A stretch of DNA of 64,000 bases from Lingula anatina. Its lineage: Eukaryota; Animalia; Brachiopoda. Positions 1-12,743 of this stretch are shown piece by piece; position 1 is the first letter of the stretch; every line of letters starts with the position of its first letter. Both the position numbers and the translations under genes were made by a program. The notes beneath the pieces are model-generated. The model saw nothing but the letters and a program-made list of their open reading frames with translations, was not told the origin of the DNA and searched no databases. The stretch is from assembly GCA_051362555.1 (NCBI GenBank), contig CM120646.1, positions 11,780,001 to 11,844,000 on the forward strand, given 5' to 3'.

Positions 1-922
1 AAACTTATTTCATAATTAAGTAATTTAGGAAATATAAATATGCCAGAGATGTAAATGAATTGTACATGGAAATGTCAATGAGCTTTAGATAAAACATTGC
101 TTTATAAGACTATGAAAATAATTTCTTTCCTAAGCACGCCATTTGTATCATTTTCAATTTTTATGAATACACACCCACGCTCATTATTTTTACATAGCAC
201 AACACTAGTACATCTACATCATTTTATCTTGTTATACGTAATTCCTTAATGCGGGCTCCACTTCTTACTGTGTTGATTCATACAGTATTTGTCACTATTT
301 TACTGGCCTAAATACTGGTCTATCTAGGAAAATAAACGCACGTGCAATTTCGAGCTATATAGTCTTTGTTCAGCCGCTCATGCCGTAACAACAATACTTG
401 ATTTAAATTCCACGTGCGTAGGAGACACCAGATCGTGCAATAAATCAGTCACAACTTGCAAGTGTTTGTTGGCGCCAGATAAAATGAACGAAAACTCCAA
501 TTCATTTTGGACTTGACAAAGACATAGGAGGACAAGATAAGAGAGAACAATGGCGGCCATTGTTTCAATTGTCTGATGAAGTAATTAAAGTGTAAGGCAG
601 CCCTAGAGACAGGTGTTGATTACAACCAAGTGAGCTTACAAACTAAGAGATAATTCAATTAGCAACCGGCATGATAAATAAAGAAGTCAACTGAACACTG
701 TGGGCTCCAGCACTACAACACAGGATGGGAGGGAATGATGGGGGTATTTTTAGGCATTGAATAGAAAGGTAATATTTTTTTTTGCCTTTGTTTGTCTTTA
801 CTTTTCAGACACTCCAATAATACTGGTCTCTCTTTGTAACCCTTTTTATTCTGATTTTCGTAATATCTTTTCAGTAATTGGCTAACCCAGGCATTTTATT
901 AAATCAAGCTCTCTCTACTTTA

Positions 923-927
<5 letters not shown>

Positions 928-962
<35 letters not shown>
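928..962. repeat. (CT)n microsatellite
   Basis: Read directly. Confidence 0.95.
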
Positions 963-965
<3 letters not shown>

Positions 966-3900
966 GCCCACGTGCTCTCATGTTCGTTGTTGTTATGTTG
1001 ATACTTCCCTGTGATGAACGACTGATTTCAGGCGGGTAACGCGCGGCTGGAGCAGCCTCATTATTAGACCAGACAGTCACGAATTATCAGCAGAAACTGA
1101 TCTCGGCTTTAACGCCGCCGAGGGTGGATTTCAATTAATTGATAAATGAACTCTTTCAACCGAAGTCCGTGTTAAGTCGGCTGATAAAACGAGTCTCGTG
1201 TAATGCGGTGTCCTTATTAAGAAACCAATTAAGACAATTAGATTAATTACACTTAAGATTTATTACGGATGCTCGGTTTGAGATCTGCGTTCCCGTCTGT
1301 TGGCCTTGTGACGAAGAACCGGGCCGAAGAGCGGGCGTGTTTGTTTGATCATTGCATCGTGACTGCATGCTTAAGTTGAACAATATTATGTATACACGCA
1401 TACACTGTAAAATATAATCTCATTGAACCACGCTTACAATGTGGCTTCATGATCAGAAAACTAATAAACTTATGGAACCGAATCACCATTCTGAGATAGG
1501 AAAATCATCAGCAACAAAAATTGCGCCATGCAGATTAAAATTACAAACAGACAAACAAAAATTAAATATTCCGTTTCTCATGTAAGATGTGTAATCTGAG
1601 ATATATACAGTGGTTACAACAATTTTTGCCTTCAAAAGAAGTAGTGGGAATGCGTGTTGCATGATTAATAACATGATGGCACCCAGAAAACAAAGGGGGT
1701 TTATAAAATATGAAAAGTGTCGAGAAGGGCTATATCTGTAGTGCTGGCAGAATAAGCTAAATATATCAGCACCGTCACTTTTGCGAATGAGGCGGCTTAA
1801 TTATTATTCGATATAGACACGTGACTAACTTTTATGATGTAAATTTTATTCTTTTTTATGGAGATTTCAAGAAAAACATGGCATAATGTAAATAGAGATA
1901 AAATGCAATAAAAAATATTTCAAGCTAAGTGGGAGACACGGATTCAGTTGTAATCGTTACTCCCTCCCAAATAACCGTCTATCCTGTCTTCAAATTTCTT
2001 AAATATGTTTTTAGATATATTGTCCTCAAACGAACAAATTGACGGCGATGAAAAAAATCATATGTCCTAAGCTGACGGAAGTAGATATCGTTTGTAATCG
2101 TTATTAAACCCGAGTTCTCTAGTGTGCTGAGGCAATGACGTAATAGCAGTAGTTTTATTGACTTTGTAAATTCATTTCTCGACTGAGAGTTTATTAAAGT
2201 CTGTTAAACACATAGGAACAATAACGATGCAAGAAGATGACGGTTTTCATGTATTTAAATAAATTATTCCTTATGATGTCTGATTTTAGGTGGAGGACGA
2301 GTGCGTTTATCATTAATTAAAAAAACCTGATTACAATACTTGCTGAGGGTTTCATAATTACATAATTTTTTTTTTTTTTTTTTTTTGGTTTGTTTGTTTT
2401 AACGTTATGAACTTTTAACGTGTCTCTGGCGCTAACTACCGTACAGTTTGAACATATTTAACAATTCAGATGTTTTTAAAGAGTTCCGTTTTCCGCTTCT
2501 AGAATGAATTAGGACAATTTTTGTTCCAGAAATGCGGAAGTTTATTCAAAATATTTTCAATATATTCAGTTAAGGGATCATATAGTGCAAGTCTCCAATG
2601 AAAGATCGATTTACGTGTATTTGAGAACGGGCTATTTTGATGATTTAAACTGTTGTTTCCATAGAGGATTATTTCATATAATTATTACTTAGAGTATGTC
2701 CAACACTACAGCACATTGTCCTTCTCTTCAGCTTAGAAAAAAATAGTACAGTCCATTCCTCACACAAATATCAGTCAGAAAAAAAAGCTTACACGATTCT
2801 AATTTCAAAAACCACATTCCATGCTACCGAGTTGAATATCAACTTTGTTTGAAAGCTGCCATCTTCCTCGGTTCAGCATCTGCATTTTTTTCTTTTCTTT
2901 TTTAATACAACTTTTTCGTCTGAATCTGGAAGCGTTGCTAGGCAACGTCACACCTCGCGCAGCCAGTGCACAGCTCAAAGCGCAAGGAATTTCCACAGCA
3001 AATTATGAACAGCTAGTAACCGCGGAGTAACATCTGTTCCGTTATGTCAGCCACGAAGATGTTATATCTGTATTTTGTAGTGACGCGAGCCCCAGATGAG
3101 TGATGTGATATACATGTAAGAGAGGGATTGCAACTACGTAACCGGTTTTACAATGAGGAGATTGTTTTTTTTATTGTGTTAAAAACATAAGGCACCTGAA
3201 AATATGGAGAATTGATAGTAATGAAATTCGCGTAATACATGTATACGCATAAATGCGCGAAATGTGTGTGGATATGATGGCCAGACTTGGAATAAAGGGG
3301 TTACATGTACTTTTCGACTTGTCTCCTTTATTTATGACCTGTTGCAAATTAAAATAACGGTTATCATCCTGATTTTCATTTTTCTTTTTTTTTTTCATTT
3401 TTGTTTTGTTTTTAAGCGAGTTTAAGAACGGAGCAGCTAAAGACGCTCGGACTATGAGGGTTTCCAAGGCATTTTTAAAGAGCAGAATTTGAAAATTATA
3501 AATATTACCTTATATCATCGACATGTCGTCTAGAATGAGACAAGCAGCAAATATATAAAGAATTAAAAACAGAAAACATCGATTCGTAGTTGCTTGTGCG
3601 TGCACATATGCCAAGAATGTATTTTTAGATAGAAACTTTCTGTTCTTTAATGCGCCTCCCCCTTCCATACCCTACATATACCCTCCCATACCCTCCCATA
3701 CCATACCCAGCCACATATGCCGGGACCACGATCGCTCCAATAAATCCCGGCAGCATCGTTACCAGTTCATCAGATGAAAATTAAGTTGAGAACACAAGGA
3801 ATCCTCGTTAATTTTCATGATATATGAACCTAAAACTTATGGCCATACATAGCACGGGCCACGCAGCTTACGTGCACCTATCTCCTCAAGGGGCCCCGTG

Positions 3901-6900
3901 GATGCGATAATAGAATATGCTCGGTCCGGGCATAAGATGATAACTTACCTGGCCGGTGCTGTGTAAAATTAGCACGATTTAAGTGTGATAAACGTGATAG
4001 ATGACCCCCAAACTATTCCGCTACTTTCAGCTTCGGTTACAAGTGATCTGGAACAGCGCGGCGTTGGATTACGCCATATTTCAGCGCTATGTCCCCGTCT
4101 TTCTTAATGTTGCAGTTAAGTACCATTTAACTCGGAGAGAAGAGGGATATTGAGCTTTCCTCACGCGCTAAGGAGGTTTAGAGTTAGGTTTCAGTGTTTA
4201 TAACGTACGTATTGAGTGACAGACCAATATTCGGGGTAATGTCGTGGTTTTGATGGACTGCAGGATTTGTTTTTAATTTTTTAGCTGGGAAATGTGCTTT
4301 GATTTTGTTGAGGAGCAAACTTAGAGGCAGCTGCAAGCTATGATCAGTTCTGAATTAATTCGACCATCTCTTTGCGGTTACATGAAAAACCCGTCAATGT
4401 CAGATTAATATACTTTATCCATTTTTAAATTGCTTGATATTGTTATACAAATTTAATGTCACCCCCCTCCCAATAAAGAAAAAAAGAAACCTTCGGCTGT
4501 CTTCTTCTGTCAACTCTGTATCTCTGACCCTATAAAACCTTTCTCGTAGGTTGATACACAAGTTTTTTATCCCTTATAGCCAGTCCCAAAAATAGCCCCC
4601 AATCACCCTACATTTCTTTGGTTTTCTTGTCTTTTTCGGGAAAATTCTTCCCTTACAGTACACGAACAAAACTGATAAATCAGCCCTGTCAGACTTTTTT
4701 TCCAAACAACAAAGTGGTCTTTAATGTCATCTCTTTAATGTTCTCATTTAGAGTTGTTAAGAAAAATCAATTCAAAGCGAAGAACATTTCGTTTAAAAAC
4801 GCTTAAGCGTTTGCCTTTAGCGCAAAAAGTCAATGCAAACTGACATTGATACTTCGGGCCAATATCTGCAGCCATTGTTGCATGGCGGACGCAACTCGGT
4901 GAGTAGCAAAGAACACGACGAACTGCCTATACCCCATAAGCCAGTTTACACTACACCTAATAAAGATCGACATTTATTTCTCGATATTTCAACTCCCAGT
5001 TAGACGGCGTGCCGGTTATATTATAGGCTAGATCTGTAAAGATTTACAGCAGGATCACATAATTGTATTTTGACGGATTGTTATCTGAGTTTTATCATGA
5101 AAACAAGTCTAGGTCCTACAACTCAGGATTTACAATTACGCGCCAACTCTTTTCCAGTCTGGTTAGAAACTTATTTCGTTTCACCGATAAACAGTGAAGT
5201 TTGAATGAAATTAGTCAGACTGATGGAGGAGATGCAACTGGAGTTGTTCCCTCGTGACTGACTGTAATTAACTTGCCCACTATATACAATTCGTCCCAAT
5301 TCCCTCTTCCGGGGTCATTTACTGACATTATCTGTTTGCAGTTACTTGTAACCACTGACTAGAGAAATGAAAGTAATAACGAAGGCCCTGTAGTGGCACC
5401 AATCGATTATTCCATCATAATATGCCTTTCTAGTTGGTTGATTATACCACTTTATGTTCAGCGTGAACGAAACCCCGGCAAAGATGACTCGGGTATCTAG
5501 AAAGTCAAAGAAACAGCATCCTGGTGATTTATGAGACTCGTTGCTTAACTTAACCTGGTGGTTTAATGTCGAACGGTAAAGGCAGCCAGTGATTAAAACG
5601 CTCTTAAAGATATGATCAGCTTTCAATTAGTGAGGTAATTATCGACCTGCCAAAAATCAATTAAGCCAACACCAGTGCCGCCTTATAGTTCAAAGGGATT
5701 TCATGCGACCTCGTGGCTAGCGGCGTCATGATCAAACGAGAGACGCTGGGGAGGGTGGGTTGTAGTCTGAGACGGAAAAGATATTTTATTATTAAGTTTG
5801 TTTTGTTTTGTTTTTTACTTTGGTTTTATCAAGATTTTGTATACTTCAGTCTTATTTCTTGAAATTCTGTTATAACTACACTTTTAGAGAGTAGTTTCAA
5901 AAGACTTTAAACACTTAATTTTTCTTGGTCTCTATACCGCGATTTTGTTTCTTCTTGGTTGAAGAACTGCAGTTTTGTTTTTCATTCAAGGGACGGCGGG
6001 ATAACACGCCTGTAATGTAACGTGCTGTAATATCATCATTTAGCCATGTTGTCTAGAAAGCTTTTTTGTAAACTCTGACATACCCTGGAATTGAGATATG
6101 AAAATCTAATTTGATTTTTTTCAATCTTTATCCACCTTTGGCATGAGGAGCGAATTATATCGTAAGAAAAATTTTTATACATTTGGAGTTTTCGGTTTGT
6201 GTGCGTAGAATGTAACCAGAAGAGACAAAGCAAGACCCCTACTTTTCATCAGTCATTTTTATACACTGTAACTACAACGTTTTTGGGACGTTTGAAAATT
6301 TTAGCAGTTTTGGTAACAGACGATCAGACGACTTTTCTGTTGGACGGGACATTAATGTGCTTCCTCTCTAAACACGCCAAACAAGTGGTTAATTCTCCGT
6401 GAGAACCAAGATGATTCAGATTGTATCCTTAGAAAAGATAATAACGGCTGAAGAATTTGGAATAAAAAAGGATAAACAGATATAAAACCTAGAATACCCT
6501 TTTTAAGGACAAGAAACCACGCGCCGAGCTCCGCCTTGAAATAAAGTGAACCTCATCCCGATAAAAATCTCGAATTAGCTATCACATCTGCGCGTCTGAG
6601 TTGCGTCTTCATTCGAAATTAGTCTTGGCGTTTTCATTAACATTTCACAAATTGCGAGATAGGCTCTTGAGTTTGAAACCGTGTCAGTTTACCGTGGGTG
6701 CTGCAGCGGGATCTAAATTGAGATATTTCTCATGGAAAGGAATTTAAAGGACGGCCGAGGACACGGAGAGAATAGTGGTTGTTAACTGATAGTCTCGTCA
6801 GTATTGAGGCCAAGTCGCTTTTTAACTCTGTTTTGAATTTGTTATTAGCACTAGCAAGCCCTCCTTAGATCACTAAGGCATGTCGTACCCGAATTGACCC

Positions 6901-7626
6901 TTTTCTTTTAATTTCTCTCTCATACGGCACTTCTGATATCATTTAAGATTTCTCTTCTTATGAAGAAATAGTGATTTTCATTTTCGACAGATCTTTGACG
7001 CTTGTCGACACCAAAAAAGCCTTTTCCTTTTGATTACTGGGTGTGCCTCTGTTAAAAAGCGAATAAAGTAAAATGGGCAGTCATCTTAACTGCCACTGCA
7101 TTCTTCTGTTTCCCCATTGCTTCTGTGTTTTGGTCCCTGGTTCGAAGCAGATTCGTGAACGCTAGCTCCTGCACTGTGTATAATGTAACATAGTTCAACT
7201 CGGGCTTCTAGCCTAACAAAAGTGTGCTTACCCGTTATTTTAAAAGAAAATGAATCACCGCAAAAGAAGATCTCAATAAATTAAAAATGCATAATCGTTA
7301 TGAAGTCGAAAAGGTTTGATAGTTTATAACTGTAAACTCTAATATACTTGCTAGGAATCTACTCTATAAAAAAATGAGCGAATTTCACATTCAATAAGAA
7401 TTAAAACATACCCGTGAATCTGTTGTAGCTAAATTGTGTGTTATTGTTTTATCTTTTCATTAATCTTTTGTTGTTGGTTGTGGTGTTCTTGTATCATTTA
7501 TTTTTTGTTTTTCTATTTATTTATTTATTTATTTATTTACACTTTCTGTTTCTGCATCAAGTTAACATAGAACAATGTTATCTGCCTGACAGCAAAAATA
7601 AAACTTACTTTTCATTTCGATTTTAG

Positions 7627-7934
7627 GACCGAGGTCTAGAAAGTTGAAGAAGAGAGAGCGCAAGCCGGAAGAAAAACGCCCTCGCACCGCTTTCACCAAT
7701 GAGCAACTAGCCAGGTTAAAAAGGGAGTTTGAAATGAATCGATACCTCACGGAGGAGCGGCGTCAGAAACTAGCGCGTGAGTTAAACTTAAACGAATCCC
7801 AGATAAAAATCTGGTTTCAGAACAAACGGGCAAAGATCAAGAAGTCTTTGGGGCACAGGAACGGTCTTGCTCTCCATCTGATGGCCCAGGGCCTTTACAA
7901 TCACTCCACAGTGGCGGTTGATGAGGGAGAATGA
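7627..7934 (+). CDS. en: Engrailed homeobox protein, paralog A, last coding exon (EH3, homeodomain, EH5); exon 1 not found in window
   Basis: After acceptor ttttag (7621-7626), phase 1: (G)[72 protein letters not shown], then EH5 [15 protein letters not shown], stop TGA at 7932-7934. Intron position matches the conserved engrailed EH2/EH3 intron. I saw no [13 protein letters not shown] exon in 1-7626. Confidence 0.96.
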
Positions 7935-9342
7935 GGCTGTGACGTCATGATGTGGGAAACCTGTACAAAGTGACGTCATAGCGCGGGAAAACGAGCAACA
8001 GTGACGTCAGAGTTGAACAGACTCCACCGTGTCAACATGGCTGACATTGCCGACCATTGCCGTGCTTTTGTGGCGAGCACTGCTATCCGTTCATTCATCT
8101 GACAGGTACATAGCCCAACATCGTCTGGGTGTGATTCTCAGAAATTCTCGGATATGGACCCAGGGTCCAAAACTGTCCTCCAAATGACGGGGAAAGCGAA
8201 CGTTTTAGATTCCAAGCCTAAGAGACACTTTCAAGATTAATGGCATAGTATCGGATGAAACATCTGTAAAAATGTACATGTTTCTGTTTGTGAGGATAGG
8301 AAAAACCCGACCTTTAGAGCGCCGTTGCCATGTCGACGATATCCATATTCAGACATTTTACAGCAGATGACTATTTAGAAGGAGAACCTCGTGTGTCCTC
8401 GGCATCTCGTTCAAACACATTTTACAAGATGGACATTTGTCAACTCTTCAGTACGCTTCTAATAATTCAACCCAGTACTGTCAACCCTCGTGACAGAACG
8501 ACGCGTACTCATGAACCTTGTAAACACCCAAGAATTTCCGTGCAGCTGTACTTTTTCCATTGTATTCCATCGTATCGTAGTGCGATAGAGAACAGGTACC
8601 ATTTAAAAAACTTTTGTCAAATTTCATTATAAACGGACAATATTGTCGCATGCATGAAAACACAGTAACTGGTTTCTGTTTTATTTTGTATTCCTTTTTC
8701 AAAAAGCCAATTCCAAACTTATACAAGGTTTTTAATCAACTGAATCGTTGTTGAAACACGTTGCATAGTGGTGCCAATGGATTGTACGTTAAAATGATTT
8801 TTTTTCTATAACTAATATGACTTTGTGCGTTATTGTGGTGGAAAATTTAGTTGAATGATAAGTTTATTGTGATGATTATTTAAGAGTTGTTTTTACCGCA
8901 AAATCGCATGAACGTATCAAAACTTCGTGTTACCAAACTGAAAAAAATTAAAACACTGGCTTTTAATGGTTTCCTATAATAATTGGCCTGCTATTGCCCA
9001 TTTTAAAATTAATTTGATAAGAAAATTAAAACGGCACATTTATTCTTCTTTTCTGTGCCATTATGAAGATAACATAATCCTTCGATTTGAGTTCAAGTCA
9101 CTGTACTACTACATGGAGAGCTTCAAATACGGGTTGATGTACATGTATGTGTTTGATGTATATAAATAAGCTGAAATATATCCGTATTAAATTTTGTTTC
9201 TTTGTCAATGAGCAGTATTGGTGATTAACGGTATTTCTACATGTATATACAACTGATTTTCATGTTATTTCATTAAATTTCATTTTGTCTTTTTTTAAAG
9301 ACTTCGTGGCTTCTATTTTAACTTCATTGCTCCATGGTCTTC

Positions 9343-9364
9343 CCTCTCTCTCTCTCTCTCTCTC

Positions 9365-9398
<34 letters not shown>
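9343..9398. repeat. (CT)n microsatellite
   Basis: Read directly; source of the ERERE ORF. Confidence 0.95.
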
Positions 9399-9402
<4 letters not shown>

Positions 9403-12400
9403 CGCCGTCGTTTCACTTGAAATACATGAAATGCAAGATTTATAAGTTTAGATAAAACACTAACATGTAGTTTAAAAAACAGCTTGTTCACAGGGTTTAT
9501 ACATATGTATATGGCAGTGAGATACAACTCTGTACAAGGCACGACATGTACTTTTGAGTCATCTCCATTTCAAACCATTAAGAAAAGAAAATGGTCATGT
9601 AATAAATGACCGTGCATCGCTAAGAAGTTCAAAATGCGGTTTGCGGTTACCATGTATAGCCTTTTAGTTAAAGGGTGTTTTTTAATAGGGGCATCGAAAA
9701 TAGTTTTTACATGGTAAGGTTTGAACATTTAGACATTCTGATTCGTCTGCACCCCTGTTGCCACAGTGGGTCGTTAATTTTGATGTCATTTTAATGCTGT
9801 CTTCTTTGCCGTAATATTGTTGTCGTGGATAGAATATAAAGCACTGCGCTTTTAACGACAATCGTTATTCGATACTGTTGATCATTTGCGACAATTGTAA
9901 AGTTCCGTGTTGGTGTTTTCCACATTGTGAATTAGATTTTTTATAGCCGATTCGATTTGACGAAAATATCAAAGAAAGGGTTAAATGTAATTGACAATCA
10001 CCAAAGAACCCTGTGGTTTATAATACTTAAAAATAACACTTAAAGTGTTACCTTTTTGCTGTTGCTAAAAGTGTTTAGCCTTGAAATAACAGGGGAAAAA
10101 GCTGCAAAAATAGGGTTCGGTTCGAAAACTATGAGACTTAGCTATGAGCTAGTTTCTTAATTTTGAGAGAGCATCGTCTATGTAATTTTTCTTACTAGAA
10201 TGCGCGAAAAAGGTTGGTAAAAATAACGTCATTTCTTTCCCCCTTTCCATATCTAATTATAAACTGAACTTCGCTCTGTTCATTTCATGTTTTTTTTTTT
10301 TCAAATTTTCATACAGTGATGTGGTATGAGGCTTGTTGCGGTTATTTTGTACTTCGTCCGCCTCTGAGAGCCCTCCAGATCCCCAATTACAAAAGCCCAG
10401 TCCCTTGAGGTTTGCCTAAGTCACCTCCCACTGGCTTCATTCTAAACACTTTGATGTATATATCCACTTAAGCTGCGAAAAAGCGTCGGCTCTTCAATAA
10501 AGTAAATAACATCGTCGTTTGTCCTTTTATTATCCGTTTATTACCTTTGTAATTCGGCCCCTCCGCCGATGCGGACAGATGGTACCGAGAGGCGAAAAGT
10601 TCGTGCACATCAAATGATACATTTTTAACGTTCAGGGGCAGGTGGGTTGATATCCAAAACCGAGTATAAGTTTTTGTTGCCCCGTGCGAGTGGGGTGTCG
10701 GCTTACGCCTATCATTCTGATGTAGTATTTTATGAGGAAATTCATCCCTCTTTCCATTCCACTTCAGCGGCCTGAACTCCAACAAATGTAGACAGATGCC
10801 TCTAAACAAACAAAACGCTGAGGTTTTGACTTACCTGGCTGGCTTCAACGTTCGATTACACGAGATAATACGTCTTATTCAGAGTGTGGTTTCGAATCTC
10901 GCTCTAATCCAGATCAGTTTCGGGCGATTTTATTGCTAGGATTGATGATCTCGCGTTCTGTTTTATCTGAGCATCACGATTGGGTGGTCCGAGGACCGAT
11001 GATTCTATCCAAGCTGACTTCTTCCAAAGATTTAGATAGGGTTTTTTAACAGCTAAGAGAAATTTATCCTGAGAAATTAAAATTGGATCTTGCACGCGTC
11101 ATTGACTGCTTAATACGTCGAAAAAATCGGTAAATTGAGTGTCTGATAAAGTGCACAGGGCGAATAAGGCGGAAGAGAAGCAAACTGACTTCAATCACAC
11201 TATGGAGTATCAGTTTGGGATGAGTTAATTATAACAATTTAACCTTTATTACTTTTTCCTCCTTTGAGTGTTCACACGTGAATGGCCGCTATATATATAA
11301 ATTCAAACAATTTTAGCCTTGGAACCGCCACATTCAGGCTGTTTTACAAGCTTAAGTTTACTAAGTTCAAGCTCACGTCATCCCTCTTCTAAGAAGTAGA
11401 AAATTTGATTCCGAAGGCTGAATGATGCGCCATTATCACTGCAGCTTATTTGAAAAAATGTTGCAGATCAAACAAGGAGCAGCAAAATGTCCTTGTTATC
11501 CGACTGCGGAACTAGATACGTTTTCAGTTTTGTCTAAAAGTGAAAAAAATTACACCAATGTAACCCTTTGTTTAATCAACACATTCCTGTCGTCAGACAG
11601 AGAAATATAGTTTACAAATATAATATAAGAAAACGCGACTTTAACAGACCTAGAAATAATAAATAAAAAAAAAACGCATGAATATTTATATTGACAATTA
11701 TTGCTATTTCACCAATTCATTTTGGAAATCTGCAAAAGTACTAGTACATCATCATCGTCCCGACCCACGCTGAGGCTACTTTATCTACTATAATTTTAGT
11801 TACATACACACAAGTAGTGATTCCTGGGACGCTATCGTTAAACTAAAATCTTACGATAATCAGATAGAACAATATCTTCACCATGTAACATGCAAAATGT
11901 CCCTTAAGCATCAAAGGAAGGGCGAGTTAGTTCATTTTCTCTCACAGCGGGAAAGTAATAGGGTTCGTACCTCTGGGCAGTGTGGCATGCGCGTATGGCA
12001 TCGTGCCCAACATATTCGTGTTAACGTTAACATTGTTTTATAGAATAAACACCAATTGAATATTTTATCAAGAAAAACTTATCATTGGCTTATTAGCTGT
12101 TTTATCGTTTATGTTTTTTAAATTTTTATTGAGTATGTTGTTACGCTCAGTAGTGAACTTATGTAAATATAAAAATGAATAACCGCTGTAAGTGAAACTT
12201 TCGACCAACTTAAAGACGCATCTTCCTTATTTCACTACAGCTTAACACGATAAAAAAGACCCAACAGCCCCAGCTGTAACCGTGAAAATATGAAATACTG
12301 TATCGCATGAAATGATAGCGGTGCACTCTCCTCGGTTGATGCGGTACAAGTGAAGAGGGGTAACATCCCGATGCTATTTTCTACATAAGGTTTATAGGCG

Positions 12401-12707
12401 GAAAACGGCTTAATCACAAGGTCACAGGTGAAAAAAATTACTGCAAGCCGGGAGCGCAGCAGGTAGTAATAATACAGATATCGTGATGAAGACCCATACT
12501 ACATAACGCAAAGCACTGGAAGAACCAGAATTCTGCTAGAGGGGTGGGGGGCGGGTGCAGGATTAAAAATGACCTCTCTTTGTACAGTAAATATGTATAA
12601 TAGTCGGCAAGGGGCATTTCACTGTAATACTGCGTTTACAATTAAAGTACATGATTGGATATTGCAGGAGTTTTTTTTTTTTAGTTTCGCTTGATGTACA
12701 ATTTTTT

Positions 12708-12709
<2 letters not shown>

Positions 12710-12741
<32 letters not shown>
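12710..12741. repeat. (GT)n microsatellite
   Basis: Read directly. Confidence 0.95.

Positions 12742-12743
<2 letters not shown>

Noticed and set aside
3943-3953. ACTTACCTGGC matching the U1 snRNA 5' end (also at 10829)
   Set aside because: Downstream sequence does not continue as U1; it equals the reverse complement of a splice donor.
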